The notes under the pieces: model-generated | The model's input: only the letters and a program-made list of their open reading frames with translations | Told to the model about the DNA's origin: nothing | Database searches by the model: none | Part shown: one piece after another, positions 43,840 through 56,012 of the stretch | How positions within the stretch are numbered: the first letter of the stretch is position 1 | Layout of the letters: each line of letters starts with the position of its first letter | NCBI GenBank assembly: GCA_965153355.1 | Contig: OZ231126.1 | Location: forward strand, 41,726,001 to 41,790,000 | Direction: 5' to 3' | Source: Flaccisagitta enflata | Lineage: Eukaryota | DNA: 64,000 nucleotides | Made by a program: the position numbers and the translations under genes

Positions 43840-44244
43840 TATATCGGGCGATGTCGGAAACTTAAAATCTTTTTTTTTTTAAGAGAAAAGAAAACAACGA
43901 ATAAAAATTTAAAGTTTCCATGGTGTTGTACAAAGAACTTTAAATACAAATGAAGCTTTTGCTTTTTGTTTATTCACGAGAAATGAGAAATGCTTACTCC
44001 ATCAGACTAATACTACGCTACTGAAAATGCGGAGAAAGAAAAAAACAAAAGGGACGTCGCGGTCGATTTTTGGTCGTGTGCACAAGCGAGACTCAACTGT
44101 GTACGTTGATAGGTCGGTCGTCCATCGGTTGGTCAGCCAGTCTGTCCATCCGTCCATCCATCCATTCATTCATCCATCCATCTATCCATACATCCATCCC
44201 CATACATCCGTTTGTCATTTCTTTTTTGTGTGAAGCGACCATCT

Positions 44245-47200
44245 TTTATTGACGAAATTTTTGAGGTAATGACATTACGCATACCCTGTGTCTCTTTTGA
44301 AAACAACAAAAAAGACTTGATTATACTGACTGTTTACAGACAGCCTGGGAACGGCAATCTGGACAAATTTCTTGACTCTATCCAAAGATGGCTGACAAAA
44401 TATGATAAAAGAACTAATGAAATTATTATAATGGGAGACATGAATCTAGACCTTTTAAAATATGACTCTCACAAACCGACGTCAGACTATCTTGATGTGA
44501 TGATGTCTCATTCTCTGCTGCCAATGATAAATAGACCGACTAGAATTAAACACTCTAGTGCAAGCCTCATAGACCACATATTTTACAAATCTGTTGCAAA
44601 GAGAACAGGCATCTTAACAAGCGAAATTGCGGGATCACATGGCTTTACAGATCACTACCCTGTTTTTTGTATCCTTAGCATCAACAACGACAAATCCAGA
44701 CCTAAAAAAACTATACACAAAAATTACTTTACAACTGATGGACATGAAAAAAGAAGAAAAGCATTAAGAGATCAATGTTGGGACGACTTCTTTGCTGAGA
44801 ATGACCCTGATATTGCTTACCAACTGTTTCAAGACAAATACTGTTCATTTTACAACAACTCTCTGACAACAAAAACTTTTGAAGTTAAATGGGATCATTA
44901 CCCAAGGGAACCTTGGATGACAACTGAAATAATAAGAAAAATGAAAAGACGAGATCGACTATCAAGGCAACCTGGAAGAAGAGATGACTACAAACTTGTA
45001 AGAAACGAGATTGTTGCAAACTGTCGTAAAGCTGAACATGATTACTACAAGAAAAAAGTATCAGAGAATTGGAACAATATAAAGGAACAATGGAACATCA
45101 TACGAAGGGCAATGGGTAAAGTTAATGACAAATCAGGCTTTCCATCTGCCTTCTTTCACAATGATACCTGGATGACAGACAAACAACAAATATCGAACAA
45201 CATGAATGCATATTACTCTGCAGTTGGGCCAGATACTAATAAAAGTGTGGGTGAATCCAAAAAGGATCCCTTATTCTTCTTATCAAACAAGGCCAACACC
45301 TATAAGTCGCGTGCGAGACTTCTTTACATAATCGCCTAATTATATAAGTACATTATTTCCTGTGATGACAATAAAGACTATAATTACCTGCTGACCTTTA
45401 ATTACCTATAATTACCTATAATTACCTATAATTATTACCCATAATCAAATAATGACCTATAAGTACCTATAAAGACCTACGATTACATATAGACCTATGA
45501 TTACATATGGACCAATGATTACCAATAATAATGTATGATTACCCATAATTACCCACAAAAACTTATAATAACATAATGACCTATAATTACCTATAATGAC
45601 CTATGATTACCTATAATTACCTATAATTACTCATAATTAAATAATGACCTACAAATACCTAAAAAGACCTATGATTACCTATGATTACCCATACCTACCT
45701 TTACAAACATAATGACCTATAATGACCTATGATTACCTATAATTACCTATAATTGGAAAATGACCTATAATTACCTATAATTACCTATGATTAGCTAAAA
45801 TTACCAATAATTGAATAATGACCTATAATTACCTATAATTGTTAATTGATGTATAATTACCTATAATGACCTATAATACCCTATAATTACCTATAATTAC
45901 ATAATGACCTGTAATTACCTTTAATAACCTTTGATTACCAACAATTACCTTTGATTTCATAATGACCTATTATTACCTATAACTATCTATAATGACCTAT
46001 AATTACCTATAATTACATAATGACCTAGAATTACCTATAATGATCTATTATAAACCTTTTATAAGCTATAATTTTCTAAAATTACATAATGACCTAAAAT
46101 TACCAATAATGACCTATAATTGCATTATGACCTGTAATGACCTATAATTACCTCTTATGACCTATAATTACCTATAATTACATAATGACCTATAATTACC
46201 TGTAATTACCTATAATTACCTATAATTACCTATTATGTCCTATAATTACCTATATTTACCTATAATTACCTATAATTACCTATGATTACATACTGACATA
46301 TTATTACCAATAATGACCTATAATTGCATAATAACCTATAATTACCTTTAATGACCTATAATTACCTATAATTACATAATGACCTATAATTACCTACAAT
46401 GACCTATGATTACCTATAATGACCTATGATTACCCAAAATTTCATAATGACCTATAATTACCTATAATTAAATAAATAAAAAGTGAAATCACTACATTGA
46501 CTAAAATGACTAAAATGACTGAAAATGACTTAGAATGACTTAGAATGACTAAAAATGACCTAAGATGACTTAGAATGACGTATAATGACATAAAGTGACT
46601 TAAAATGACTTAAAATGACTTAAAATGACTTAAAATGACTTAAAATAACATCAAATGATGAAAAGGATTATAGTGACTAAAATGACAATAATGACTTAAA
46701 ATGACTTGGAATGAATTAAAATGCCTTAAAATCACTTGAAATGACTTAGAATCACTTGAAATGACTTAAAATAACTTGAAATGACTTAGCATGACTGAAA
46801 ATTATGAAAAGGACTATATTGAATGAAATGACAATAATGACTTAGAATAACTTAAAATGACTTAAAATGACTAAGAATGACTTAGAATGACTTAGAATAA
46901 CTTAGAATGACTTAGAATGACTAAAAATGACTTAAGGAAATAAAATTGATAAAAAAAGTAAAGTGTGACCAACCAACCGACCGACCGACCGACCAACTGA
47001 CCGACGGACAAAGCGGGTTGTAGAGTCGCGTGCACGCGACTAAAAATAAAGAACGTGTAACCCATCAATTATTGACTTGTCGTTTTAATAGGCAGGATGT
47101 CATGAACGCTTGCCGGCTTCTTCATCCAAAGACCAGTTGTGATGCCTATGGGCTTTCTCAAAAGGTTATTCTTGGTGATATGGACATTCTGGCACCAATG

Positions 47201-48681
47201 TTTGTGCATCTGATCAACTGCTCTCTATCATCTGGTAAGTGTCCTGATATGAGTAAAATAGCAAGAGTTATTCCCGTCTACAAGAACAAGGGAGAAAACT
47301 ACCTTTTTACCAATTATAGGCCTATATCTTTGCTCCCAATTTTTTCTAAAATTATTGAGAAACTTGTATACAATAAGATATTCCATTTTCTGGTGCGGTA
47401 CGGAATACTGTTTAAATCACAATATGGGTTTAGAAAGGGGCACAACACCACACATGCCACTTTAGATTTTCTCAAAACCGTAGAAAATGCAATGAAAGAA
47501 AATGAACTCTCAATAGGCGTTTTTTGTGATCTCTCAAAAGCTTTTGATACTCTAGACCATGAAATTTTACTCATGAAGCTTGATCACTATGGTATAAGAG
47601 GAAAATGGTTATCCTGGATACGATCTTACCTCACAAATAGGCAGCAATATGTCGATATGGATGGTACCAAAAGCTCGTTGGCCCCAATTCTATTTGGTGT
47701 ACCACAGGGAAGCATCCTAGGCCCACTATTGTTTTTGATATACATTAATGACCTACCCGCAGCTCTGGACAAAGTGATTCCTGTTATGTTTGCTGATGAC
47801 ACTAACCTTGTCATAAGAGGAAAAAATATCAATGAACTTGTGACAACCTTGAATGCTGAACTTGACAGTTTAAGTGACTACTTCAAGGCCAATAAGCTTA
47901 AACTGAACGTGGATAAAACTAAACTTGTCTGCTTTAGAAAAAAAGGATATGATCTGTCTGAGGGTATTCCTGATGTAATTCTTGATGGCTCAATCTTAGA
48001 ATGTGAAAAAGACACAACATTTCTAGGAATAACTCTAGATGAGCATCTCACATGGGAAAATCACTGTAACAAAGTCGCAAACAAAATGGCTAAAAACACA
48101 GGTGTGCTTAATCGAGTCAAAAAAAGCCTTCCTACATGTTCACTTCTCACTATTTATAACTCTTTGATCTTTTCTCACCTTTGCTATGGACTTGAAGTAT
48201 GGGGAGCAACCTATGAAAAAAACTTAAAAAGAATAGCTGGCATACAAAAAAAGCAATACGAATAATATCTAAATCACATTGGCTTGCACACAGTGAACCC
48301 CGCATGAAAAAACTGAAATTACTAAAACTTCCTGAACAGCACAGACACCAATGTCTTAGCCTCATGTACAACATGACAAAAGGAATAGGGCCTGACATCT
48401 ACAGCTATCAACAGCATCTCTACACAGAAATCTCAAATCATAATCTTAGGTCAGCAAGCCAACATCCAAATAATGTTAAACTTCCGCCTCTTTCCTCAAT
48501 TGGGAACAAACGCTCTTTCCCTTGTCTTGCACCATCATTCTGGAATGACTTACCTGATAATCTTAAACAAATAGACTCGAAAAAACGTTTTAAAAAAGAA
48601 ACTAAGGAACTCTTGCTACAAAACTACCTTGAAATATGTGTATGTACTAACCCTCTCTGCTCTGACAGGAAATTTCATTGA
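44245..48681 (+). mobile_element. 5'-truncated non-LTR retrotransposon (CR1/L2 group, Crack/Daphne-like) ORF2: partial APE endonuclease plus reverse transcriptase; interrupted and frameshifted
   Basis: APE motifs VYRQP, MGDMNLD, PTR..., LIDHIF, TDHYP; RT motifs NYRPISLL, QYGFR, DLSKAFD, GVPQGSILGPLLF, FADDT. Insertion at 45286-47041 and a 1-nt loss in the A-run at ~48246-48252. Confidence 0.95.
45286..47041 (-). mobile_element. Family-1 HINE-like element carrying two 10-bp satellite arrays, inserted in the LINE ORF
   Basis: AACAAGGCC...AGTCGCGTGC at one end and AGTCGCGTGCACGCGACT hairpin at the other; (ATTACCTATA)n at ~45380-46470 and (AATGACTTAR)n at ~46495-46935; removing it restores the LINE frame (S-K-N-K-E) with no TSD. 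Confidence 0.9.
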
Positions 48682-48979
48682 TTTCCTTTCCCGCTTGTCA
48701 ATACATTCCCTCTCTCGTCTCTTGTCCTTCTTGTTCTGTCCCATCATGCTATGTCCGATCCGAACTTGCGTGCCTCTCTCTTTCTGTCTGTCGACTGACC
48801 CTGAGTCTTGCCTTCTTCACAATGATTGACCAACCCCCTCACCCTTTTTTTCACTTCTTAGCCTCAACAGTCAATGCTATAGGCATTCTCCAAACCTGCC
48901 ATGGGATAGGGTGGCTTGTTAATTCGTCAACTATTATTTTAAAATAGATGGTGAAATGCTACAATTCTACATCTGCTTT

Positions 48980-49322
48980 GGCACTGGAACTTGCCAGTGC
49001 CGTTTACTAACTTTTAAACTTATTAATATCAAAGATAAATCATCAATAATTACCTTTGCGTTGCACTAGACCTAGCTAGTGTCGCTTAATTACCTTTAAC
49101 ATTACCATTCAAGATAAACCTCTGAAAAGTCATTTTGCGATGCACTGGGACTCGCCAGTGTCGTTTACTAATTCAAAACTTTCAGCTGACAAAGAAATAC
49201 CATTAACAAGTCATTACGCGATGCACTGGGTATAGCCAGTGTCGTTCACTTACTCCTAAAAACAGCCATCAATGATAAATGTTAATAAGTAATCCCGCAA
49301 GAGCACTGTAACTAGGCAGTGT
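48980..49322 (+). repeat. Five ~80-bp diverged tandem units, each with a conserved GCACTRK-N6-SYAGTGY hairpin
   Basis: Hairpins start at 48981, 49063, 49142, 49223 and 49303. Confidence 0.85.
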
Positions 49323-51613
49323 TGTACACCCCTTTCACAAAAAACAATCAATAAGCAATTGCAACTAACTCAATCTGCTTCAATACGCTTCTTCCTTCAT
49401 CTCTTATTTTAACTCTATCTTTAAATCCACTTGCAAATTTAAGATACTTTAGCTTATCTATTGTATGATATCTTAGCTAAAAGCCTTTATCAATGAAAAA
49501 GAAAAAGATTGATTTATGCAATTTCAAATTCAGACTGACTGACCAAGCGTGGGTGCTAATTAGGGCACTCGTAAACTAAGTAAATACAAAACCCTACTTC
49601 TGGCTTGAGCGTGCATTTAAGTTATCTTTGAATAAGAGACAAAGACTTCTTTATCTTTGTGGTGGATTGGTTTGTATTTGTAAATTTGTGAGTCCATTCC
49701 TCCGGGTCCATTCCCCATGTTTCTTTTAAATAGAGTTTGGTCACCTAAGATCACGAATTCTCTTATCAATGCACGCTCATGCCCTTGTGGTGGGGCATTG
49801 CCGCTCAGGTCTCCTCCAGGCTGCTCTGTCTGCCTGTAGCAGTCTTGTCGTCCTTGCCCCCATTTACAATACCAAGTTCCTGTAAAATAACAAACCTCTC
49901 TCCTCCCTTCTCCTAGATTTGCTCTCCCAACAGCCTAGTTCACTTCCCGACGCCGTTCGTGATATCCGTGTTCCCGTGCCTGCAACTCGCCCACGCCTAC
50001 AACTCGCATCAGGACAACCTGTAGGCTGTTGGGAGCTGGATGATGGGACGGAGGAGCTTTTACAAGAAAATCTGATATTGCCTTTCATTGGCTTAGTCCA
50101 CAATTTGAACCGAACTGTTTCTTATCTGGTTTGCAGCTTTCAAGCTTCCAACAACAAAAGTGGATTTCCCGTTCGTTTTATAATCACGCTGTTACTGTAA
50201 TGTTGCCTTTATCCATTCTGTTTTAACAACTCTATATAGGATTTTTGGCTTACTTGCAATCCATCTGGAAAGATAACTGATATCAATTGTACTCGCGTAG
50301 ACTAGATACCCAGAGAGATACATGTATTTCATTTCAAACCACTTAATAGGCGCATACACGCCACTCTATAATTAAACTCACTGTTGGTCGGTTTGCTGGT
50401 CTTTTTGTCCGTCCATCCGTTTATCCATCAAAAGCATTTGTGTTATTGTTGTGAGATGCCTTTTGTTATTTCTTCGAGATTTCGAGATTTCTTTATAAAG
50501 TATTTGGCTGTGTGGGCAAAGAGGTGAATGGTACAAGGGGTAACAAGGCCGTTTACACCCCCCCCCCCCCCGAGCGGAAAACAGAAATGTGACGTGACGT
50601 GACCGACACGGCAGATTCTACAGTCGCGTGTCCGCGACAAAAAAAGGCATTTGGGAAAAGACGGCGTTGCAAATTTTCCGGAAAAAATTGTTTGTCACAA
50701 ACTGAAGGACAAACAGCGCGGTATCGAGTCGCACGCGCAAGACATTAAAACAAGGCCAGTTACACGTACACGGCTGCACTAGTCGCGTGCGGCAGGGCAG
50801 GGGCAGTGACACAGATGGTCACTGTGGCATTTGGGCAGGAGCTCAAAAACGCCAAAAAAGTAAAAAGGGGACAAACCGACCAATGGACGGACATAGCGGG
50901 GTGTTGATTCATGTAGCACGCGACTAAAACAAGAGATGATACCCGATAGAATGAGGAGACCATGGATGAAGCGGATGTTATAATGGGGGTAACTAAGGGA
51001 CTTAAACAGACCTATCGCGTGCCCTATTCTTTTCTACATCGACGAATTATTTTAATGAGTTTTTTTTTAATTTCACTTAAATTTTGATGCCGCGGGGTTA
51101 TCAACATTCGATAAAAGGGGCAAAAACCTTTATCACAATCTTGAATAAATAGTTTCCTTTTTTCCCCGCAACGAATATCAGTTGCATCTGTCAACAAATG
51201 ATAGTGTTCCCGCATCTTTACAAGTCCGTTTGTCATTGTTCTTGTTTTATGTCACGAACACGCTACACTGCACTAAATCTTGCAAGGCCTTGCTGTGTCA
51301 GTCCGTCTGTTTTTCTATCTGTCTGTCCTTCCATAACATTTTTGAATTGTGAGCGGTTTTTAGATGCGTCCGTCAGGAACGCATCTCTATAAGAGGGTCT
51401 GTCCGTCCATCCGTCCGTCCGTCCGTCCGACCGTCCGTCGGTCCGTCCGTCCGTCGGTATGTCCATTACGCAAGTGCAAAAACCGCGTTTCTTGGCTGTT
51501 TTAGGCCACGGTGAGATCCTATAATGGGTGCGTTTCTACTCAAAGCCACAATCGCGTTTTTGATGTAGGTTTTAAAATTCGCGATTTTATCACCCTCCTC
51601 CTGAAAAAATACT

Positions 51614-51703
51614 AGCCTCTAGCAGGAGTCGAACCCACGCTCAAAATAAATTCACTGTGTAAGATGTAGAGCTTACGCCCTTACCACCTGCGCCACTGAG
51701 GCT
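51614..51703 (-). pseudogene. tRNA-like cassette 1 (Leu/Ser-type derived)
   Basis: AGCCTCAGTGGCGCAGGTGGTAAGGGCG...GAGCGTGGGTTCGACTCCTGCTAGAGGCT followed by T6. Confidence 0.65.
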
Positions 51704-51847
51704 AATGGAAATTTGTATAAAATTGTTTTGGATTATCTTGTTTAAGACAGAGGCAAATGAATAAGATAGCCATTACATAATTCAACTCCTTAAAATGAGC
51801 AAAAGTTTTAGCACAAGGCCTATGAAATTGCATAAGTTTTAGTATTT

Positions 51848-51941
51848 GCCCAAATGGCATAGCTGGTAAGGGCGTTGACTTCCTATCCAGATAATTTGAA
51901 ACATCTAATTAACTTTGAGTGGGTTCGAATCTAACTTGTGC
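51848..51941 (+). pseudogene. tRNA-like cassette 2
   Basis: TGGCATAGCTGGTAAGGGCG...GAGTGGGTTCGAATC followed by T7. Confidence 0.6.
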
Positions 51942-52124
51942 TTCAAATTTTTTCAGGATCACTGAAGTAAAATCGTGTTTCGCAAAACCCACATTAGAAT
52001 CTTGTTTGTGTCTTCGAGTAGAAACACACCCATTGGGTGTGTTTCTACTCAAAGACACAAACGCAATTCTAATGTGGGTTTTGCAAATCGCGATTTTACG
52101 TCACACTCCTTGAAAAAAATTGAG

Positions 52125-52218
52125 GCACAAGGCAGATTCAAACCCACTCCAAGCTGTCTGATGGAATCAGATTTCTTTGATATTAAGTCAGCGCCCTTAC
52201 CAACCACGCTATTAGGGT
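52125..52218 (-). pseudogene. tRNA-like cassette 3 (homolog of cassette 2)
   Basis: TAGCGTGGTTGGTAAGGGCG...GAGTGGGTTTGAATC followed by T7 on the minus strand. Confidence 0.55.
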
Positions 52219-52340
52219 AGTCACCCAAGTTAGTGGTATTTCTTTTGATCACTTTATGGGGGTTCAGTTCTGTAATGGCTATCTTATTCAATTGCCTCTC
52301 TATTGAATAAGCCTACAAGAAATAATTCAAACTAGTGGAA

Positions 52341-52429
52341 GTCTCAGTGGCGCTAGTGGTTAAGGCGCAAGCTTCTGTTCCAATGGAACCCATTGCTTTT
52401 GAGCGTGATTTCGATCCCTGCAAAAGGTC
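52341..52429 (+). pseudogene. tRNA-like cassette 4 (homolog of cassette 1)
   Basis: GTCTCAGTGGCGCTAGTGGTTAAGGCG...GAGCGTGATTTCGATCCC followed by T6. Confidence 0.6.
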
Positions 52430-53155
52430 AATATTTTTTCAGGATGAAGGTGGTGAAAATCGCGAATTGTAAAACCTACCTGAAAAACGTGATTGTGGCT
52501 TTGAATAGAAACGCACCCACTGAAACAAATGATCAATCAACATGTTTTGAGAGCCTCCTTTACTACTAAGTCGTTTCACCCGTCTGTTCGTCCATCTGTC
52601 TCTCCATTTATGTCACATGATCAATACACGCAGAGACACTTCCCGGACCCATCGTTGCCCGGTCGAGCTTGATGCATCTATACCCCTGCCCACTCACCAG
52701 CGACTACTGATTGGCCTTGTATCCGGCCTTGTTCTTTCTGCGATCGCGAAAAATTAGGTGGGATTTGAGTAAGAAACCATAAATCATGAAGTTTTAGGTT
52801 GTTTCACTGTGATCTGTGCTTATAAATTTTCGTCACATTTGAAAGACGGCATGCAAGCGCGGCAGTCGGGTCAAATCGCGAGTATCATTCTATTTGTAAT
52901 GAATCTTTGGGAAATTGATATCAGAAAAGCATTGTGAAACAGAACTTATGTCAACATGTCATATGGCATCGACAAAATGTTTCGAAACTCTCCTTACATC
53001 AGCAAAGACTAAAGCTTAGGAAACAAGTTTGCTTCCCAGACAACCTCTCTCCCCTCCCCCCCCCCTGCTATGATATGGACTCATTTGAATTCATGATTCT
53101 CCTTAGATGCCACGGCACGGAAATCTTTAGGACGCTGCCGCTGTCAATCCGCGCG

Positions 53156-53457
<302 letters not shown>

Positions 53458-54350
53458 CAGACAGACAGACAGACAGACGTACAGACAGACAGAGTCAGAC
53501 AGGTAAAAATGAATAGATAAAAGTGAATAAATGTAAGCATGCTGAGCGAAGATGACATGTCGAGAATGCATCGCTTGTCCACAGATCACTCGTTTGCACT
53601 ATATATGAAATAATAGACGCGAGAAAGAAAAATAAGAAATTATGTATTTCGGCGGACAGATGAACAATAGATTTCTCTCATGGAAATGACATTGGAGACT
53701 TTATCACGCCTCGAGGGCCGAAGGAAAATTGGAGAAGAAAAAGAAAAAGAACAACAACAACAACAAAAAAGTATCTAATTATCGATTTCCTCTCCGTTTT
53801 TTCTCCATGGCGTCACGCAACTTATCATTTAGGCGTTGGATGTTGTATAAATACTCTAGACCGCAATGAGGAAGAACTTTACTTTTTCGCCTCGCCAAAA
53901 TAACTTTTTCCACGATTTTGTATAAATAGACATCCGATGAGAAAATTTACGATAGTCTCTTTTTTTTCTTCAATATTCTGTCCAAAATTCAACGTAAATT
54001 CAAAATTCCGTCCAAAATATTGTGTTTTTTGTCGCAAATTACCTCTTTCATCTGCAGAACCATGACTCTCTATCCTGGCGACGGAATGGTAAGTATGCAA
54101 AATTTTTATTTCCATTGAATCTTGTATTCCCGGAATCTATTCGTACCGTCATATTTTTGTATGAATTTATCGCGTTACGCCTTTCCCGATTTCACAGTTA
54201 TACATGATATGCTCGTAAAAACCAAAGTGACAGCGAAGCAAGCTAAACTAAGTACAGTGAATGACAGTGGCTGGTACAGAGAAGTTACCAAAAAGAAATG
54301 GGGAGTACTATGCAGTTCAATAGCGCATCCGACCTTGTCCCTGCGTAGTA

Positions 54351-54923
54351 CAGTAGATGTCGTCTAGACTTGGAAATACGGGGGGATTTATTACAGGATG
54401 GCAAATTAACTTTAAAGACTGATATTTGAAATATAAACTGATAAAAGAATGCTTTATTGCCCATGGGTGTTGGTTGCTATGGAAACACATTTTCATGTAT
54501 TCACAGCAAAGCATCAATATTTTGAGAAATTTTTTAAGGGAACATTGTTTGAAATAAAATCTGCCACAACTTTCCCACAATATGTTTTGTAAGAATATCG
54601 CTCGTTTGGCTGTTGCTAGGGAGCATCATAAGGCTGTCACACATAGTTACACTCCCTAGCAACGGCTAAACGAGCAGTATTCTTATAGAACATATTATAG
54701 GAAAGTTGTAGCAAATTTCATTTTAAACAGTGTTCCCTCAAAAATTTCTCAAAATATTGATTCTTTAGCCTGATTACACAGAAATGTGTTTCTATGGCAA
54801 CCAACACCTATGGGCAATAAAGCAACCTTATATAAGTCTATATTCCAAATATCAATCCTTTAAATATATTTGTCTTCCTGTAATGAATTCCCCCGTATTT
54901 CCACGTCTAGACGACATCTACTG
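54351..54923. mobile_element. Foldback MITE, Tc1/mariner-like
   Basis: TIRs CAGTAGATGTCGTCTAGAC...; inverted symmetry over nearly the full length; TA TSD. Confidence 0.88.
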
Positions 54924-55031
54924 TACATTGTTGTCAAATTAAGAAAACTTTCTTTAGAAGCTTTATTTCTTTCAAAATCAGGGAATTTCAAACGCTACAT
55001 TAGAGACATCCCTAATGCATTGGGACACCGA

Positions 55032-55127
<96 letters not shown>

Positions 55128-55293
55128 TATCCTAACATAAAAAAATGCGATACAAAGTTCATGTTATTTCATGCAAATATTCGCCTAAAAATAGTCAAGT
55201 AGATGTACAATTTGTTTCAAAGCTTTGCCTTTGGGTTACATGAGAGAAGGCGATAATTCTTTGATGCATTTAAAGATGAAAGACAAACAATTA

Positions 55294-55608
55294 CCGTATT
55301 TTTTCTAATTAGCGCCCCGGGCGCTTTTGAAATTGAAATATGACTTTGCTTTTTAACCCTTGAATTAGCGCCCCCTTTGTATTGTAAATGAACTGTCATA
55401 CATTCCATCTTTTTCCTGAAAGGCTATTAAAATGCTAAATTTGACTTAAAATGAAGATATTCATTGCATATATCTGTTTGAAAGTCAGTGAAAATAGATC
55501 ATTAAATTGTCTAGTTTCATCATTTTACTCTATATTTTAGTCCAAATCTTTTCTGAAAAAGAGGGGGGGCGCTAATTGGATGGGGGGCGCTAAATAGAAA
55601 AAATACGG
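55294..55608. mobile_element. Tc1/mariner/pogo-like MITE
   Basis: TIRs CCGTATTTTTTCTAATTAGCGCCCC / GGGGCGCTAAATAGAAAAAATACGG; TA TSD. Confidence 0.85.
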
Positions 55609-56012
55609 TACCTCAGAAAAAGGCGTCAAAGCAAAACTATTACGAGTAATGTTTGTGAGAAATGGCCACAATGAAAACCCGTTACAAACCGCGTGGGCCT
55701 CCTGTCTTACTACAACCGTAAATGGGTGCGTCTCCGTTAGTGTCTTGCATCGCGATACTTTAGTCCCAAAAACCCAAACTACAACGAACATCACGAGACG
55801 GACTTCGCCCACGATTCACCCGTCGACCACAACATGATTTGCATAAAATCGTTTGTCATCATAGCTCTCCAAGTTTCAATTCGTTCTTCAACGCTGATCA
55901 TCAGCGCTATCAATTACAATGGTTAAACGGTTAAACGGTTTTTAGTTGCGGACACACAACTCTATAAGAGCCTTAAGAGGCTTTGTCCGTCCGTTGGTCC
56001 GTCGGTCCGTTG

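Larger units (their letters stand above)
51526..52518. mobile_element. Inverted dimer of a PIF/Harbinger(PHIS)-like MITE (51526-52031 and 52035-52518), inserted in a HINE
   Basis: Each unit has GGGTGYGTTTCTACTC...GARTAGAAACRCACCC TIRs; units are flanked and separated by AAT/ATT/ACT trinucleotides; host HINE sequence resumes after 52518 (compare 7741-7790). Confidence 0.8.

Noticed and set aside
47030-48265. Intact stand-alone reverse transcriptase gene (retron/DGR-like)
   Set aside because: It is the downstream half of a LINE ORF2 split by an insertion; the apparent start codon lies within the inserted element.
48980-49322. CRISPR array
   Set aside because: The context is eukaryotic, there are no cas genes, the repeats vary in the loop, and the linkers are homologous to each other. 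It is a diverged tandem repeat with a conserved hairpin.
51614-52429. Functional tRNA genes
   Set aside because: No canonical 7-nt anticodon loop can be assigned, acceptor and T stems are imperfect, and all four lie within MITEs.
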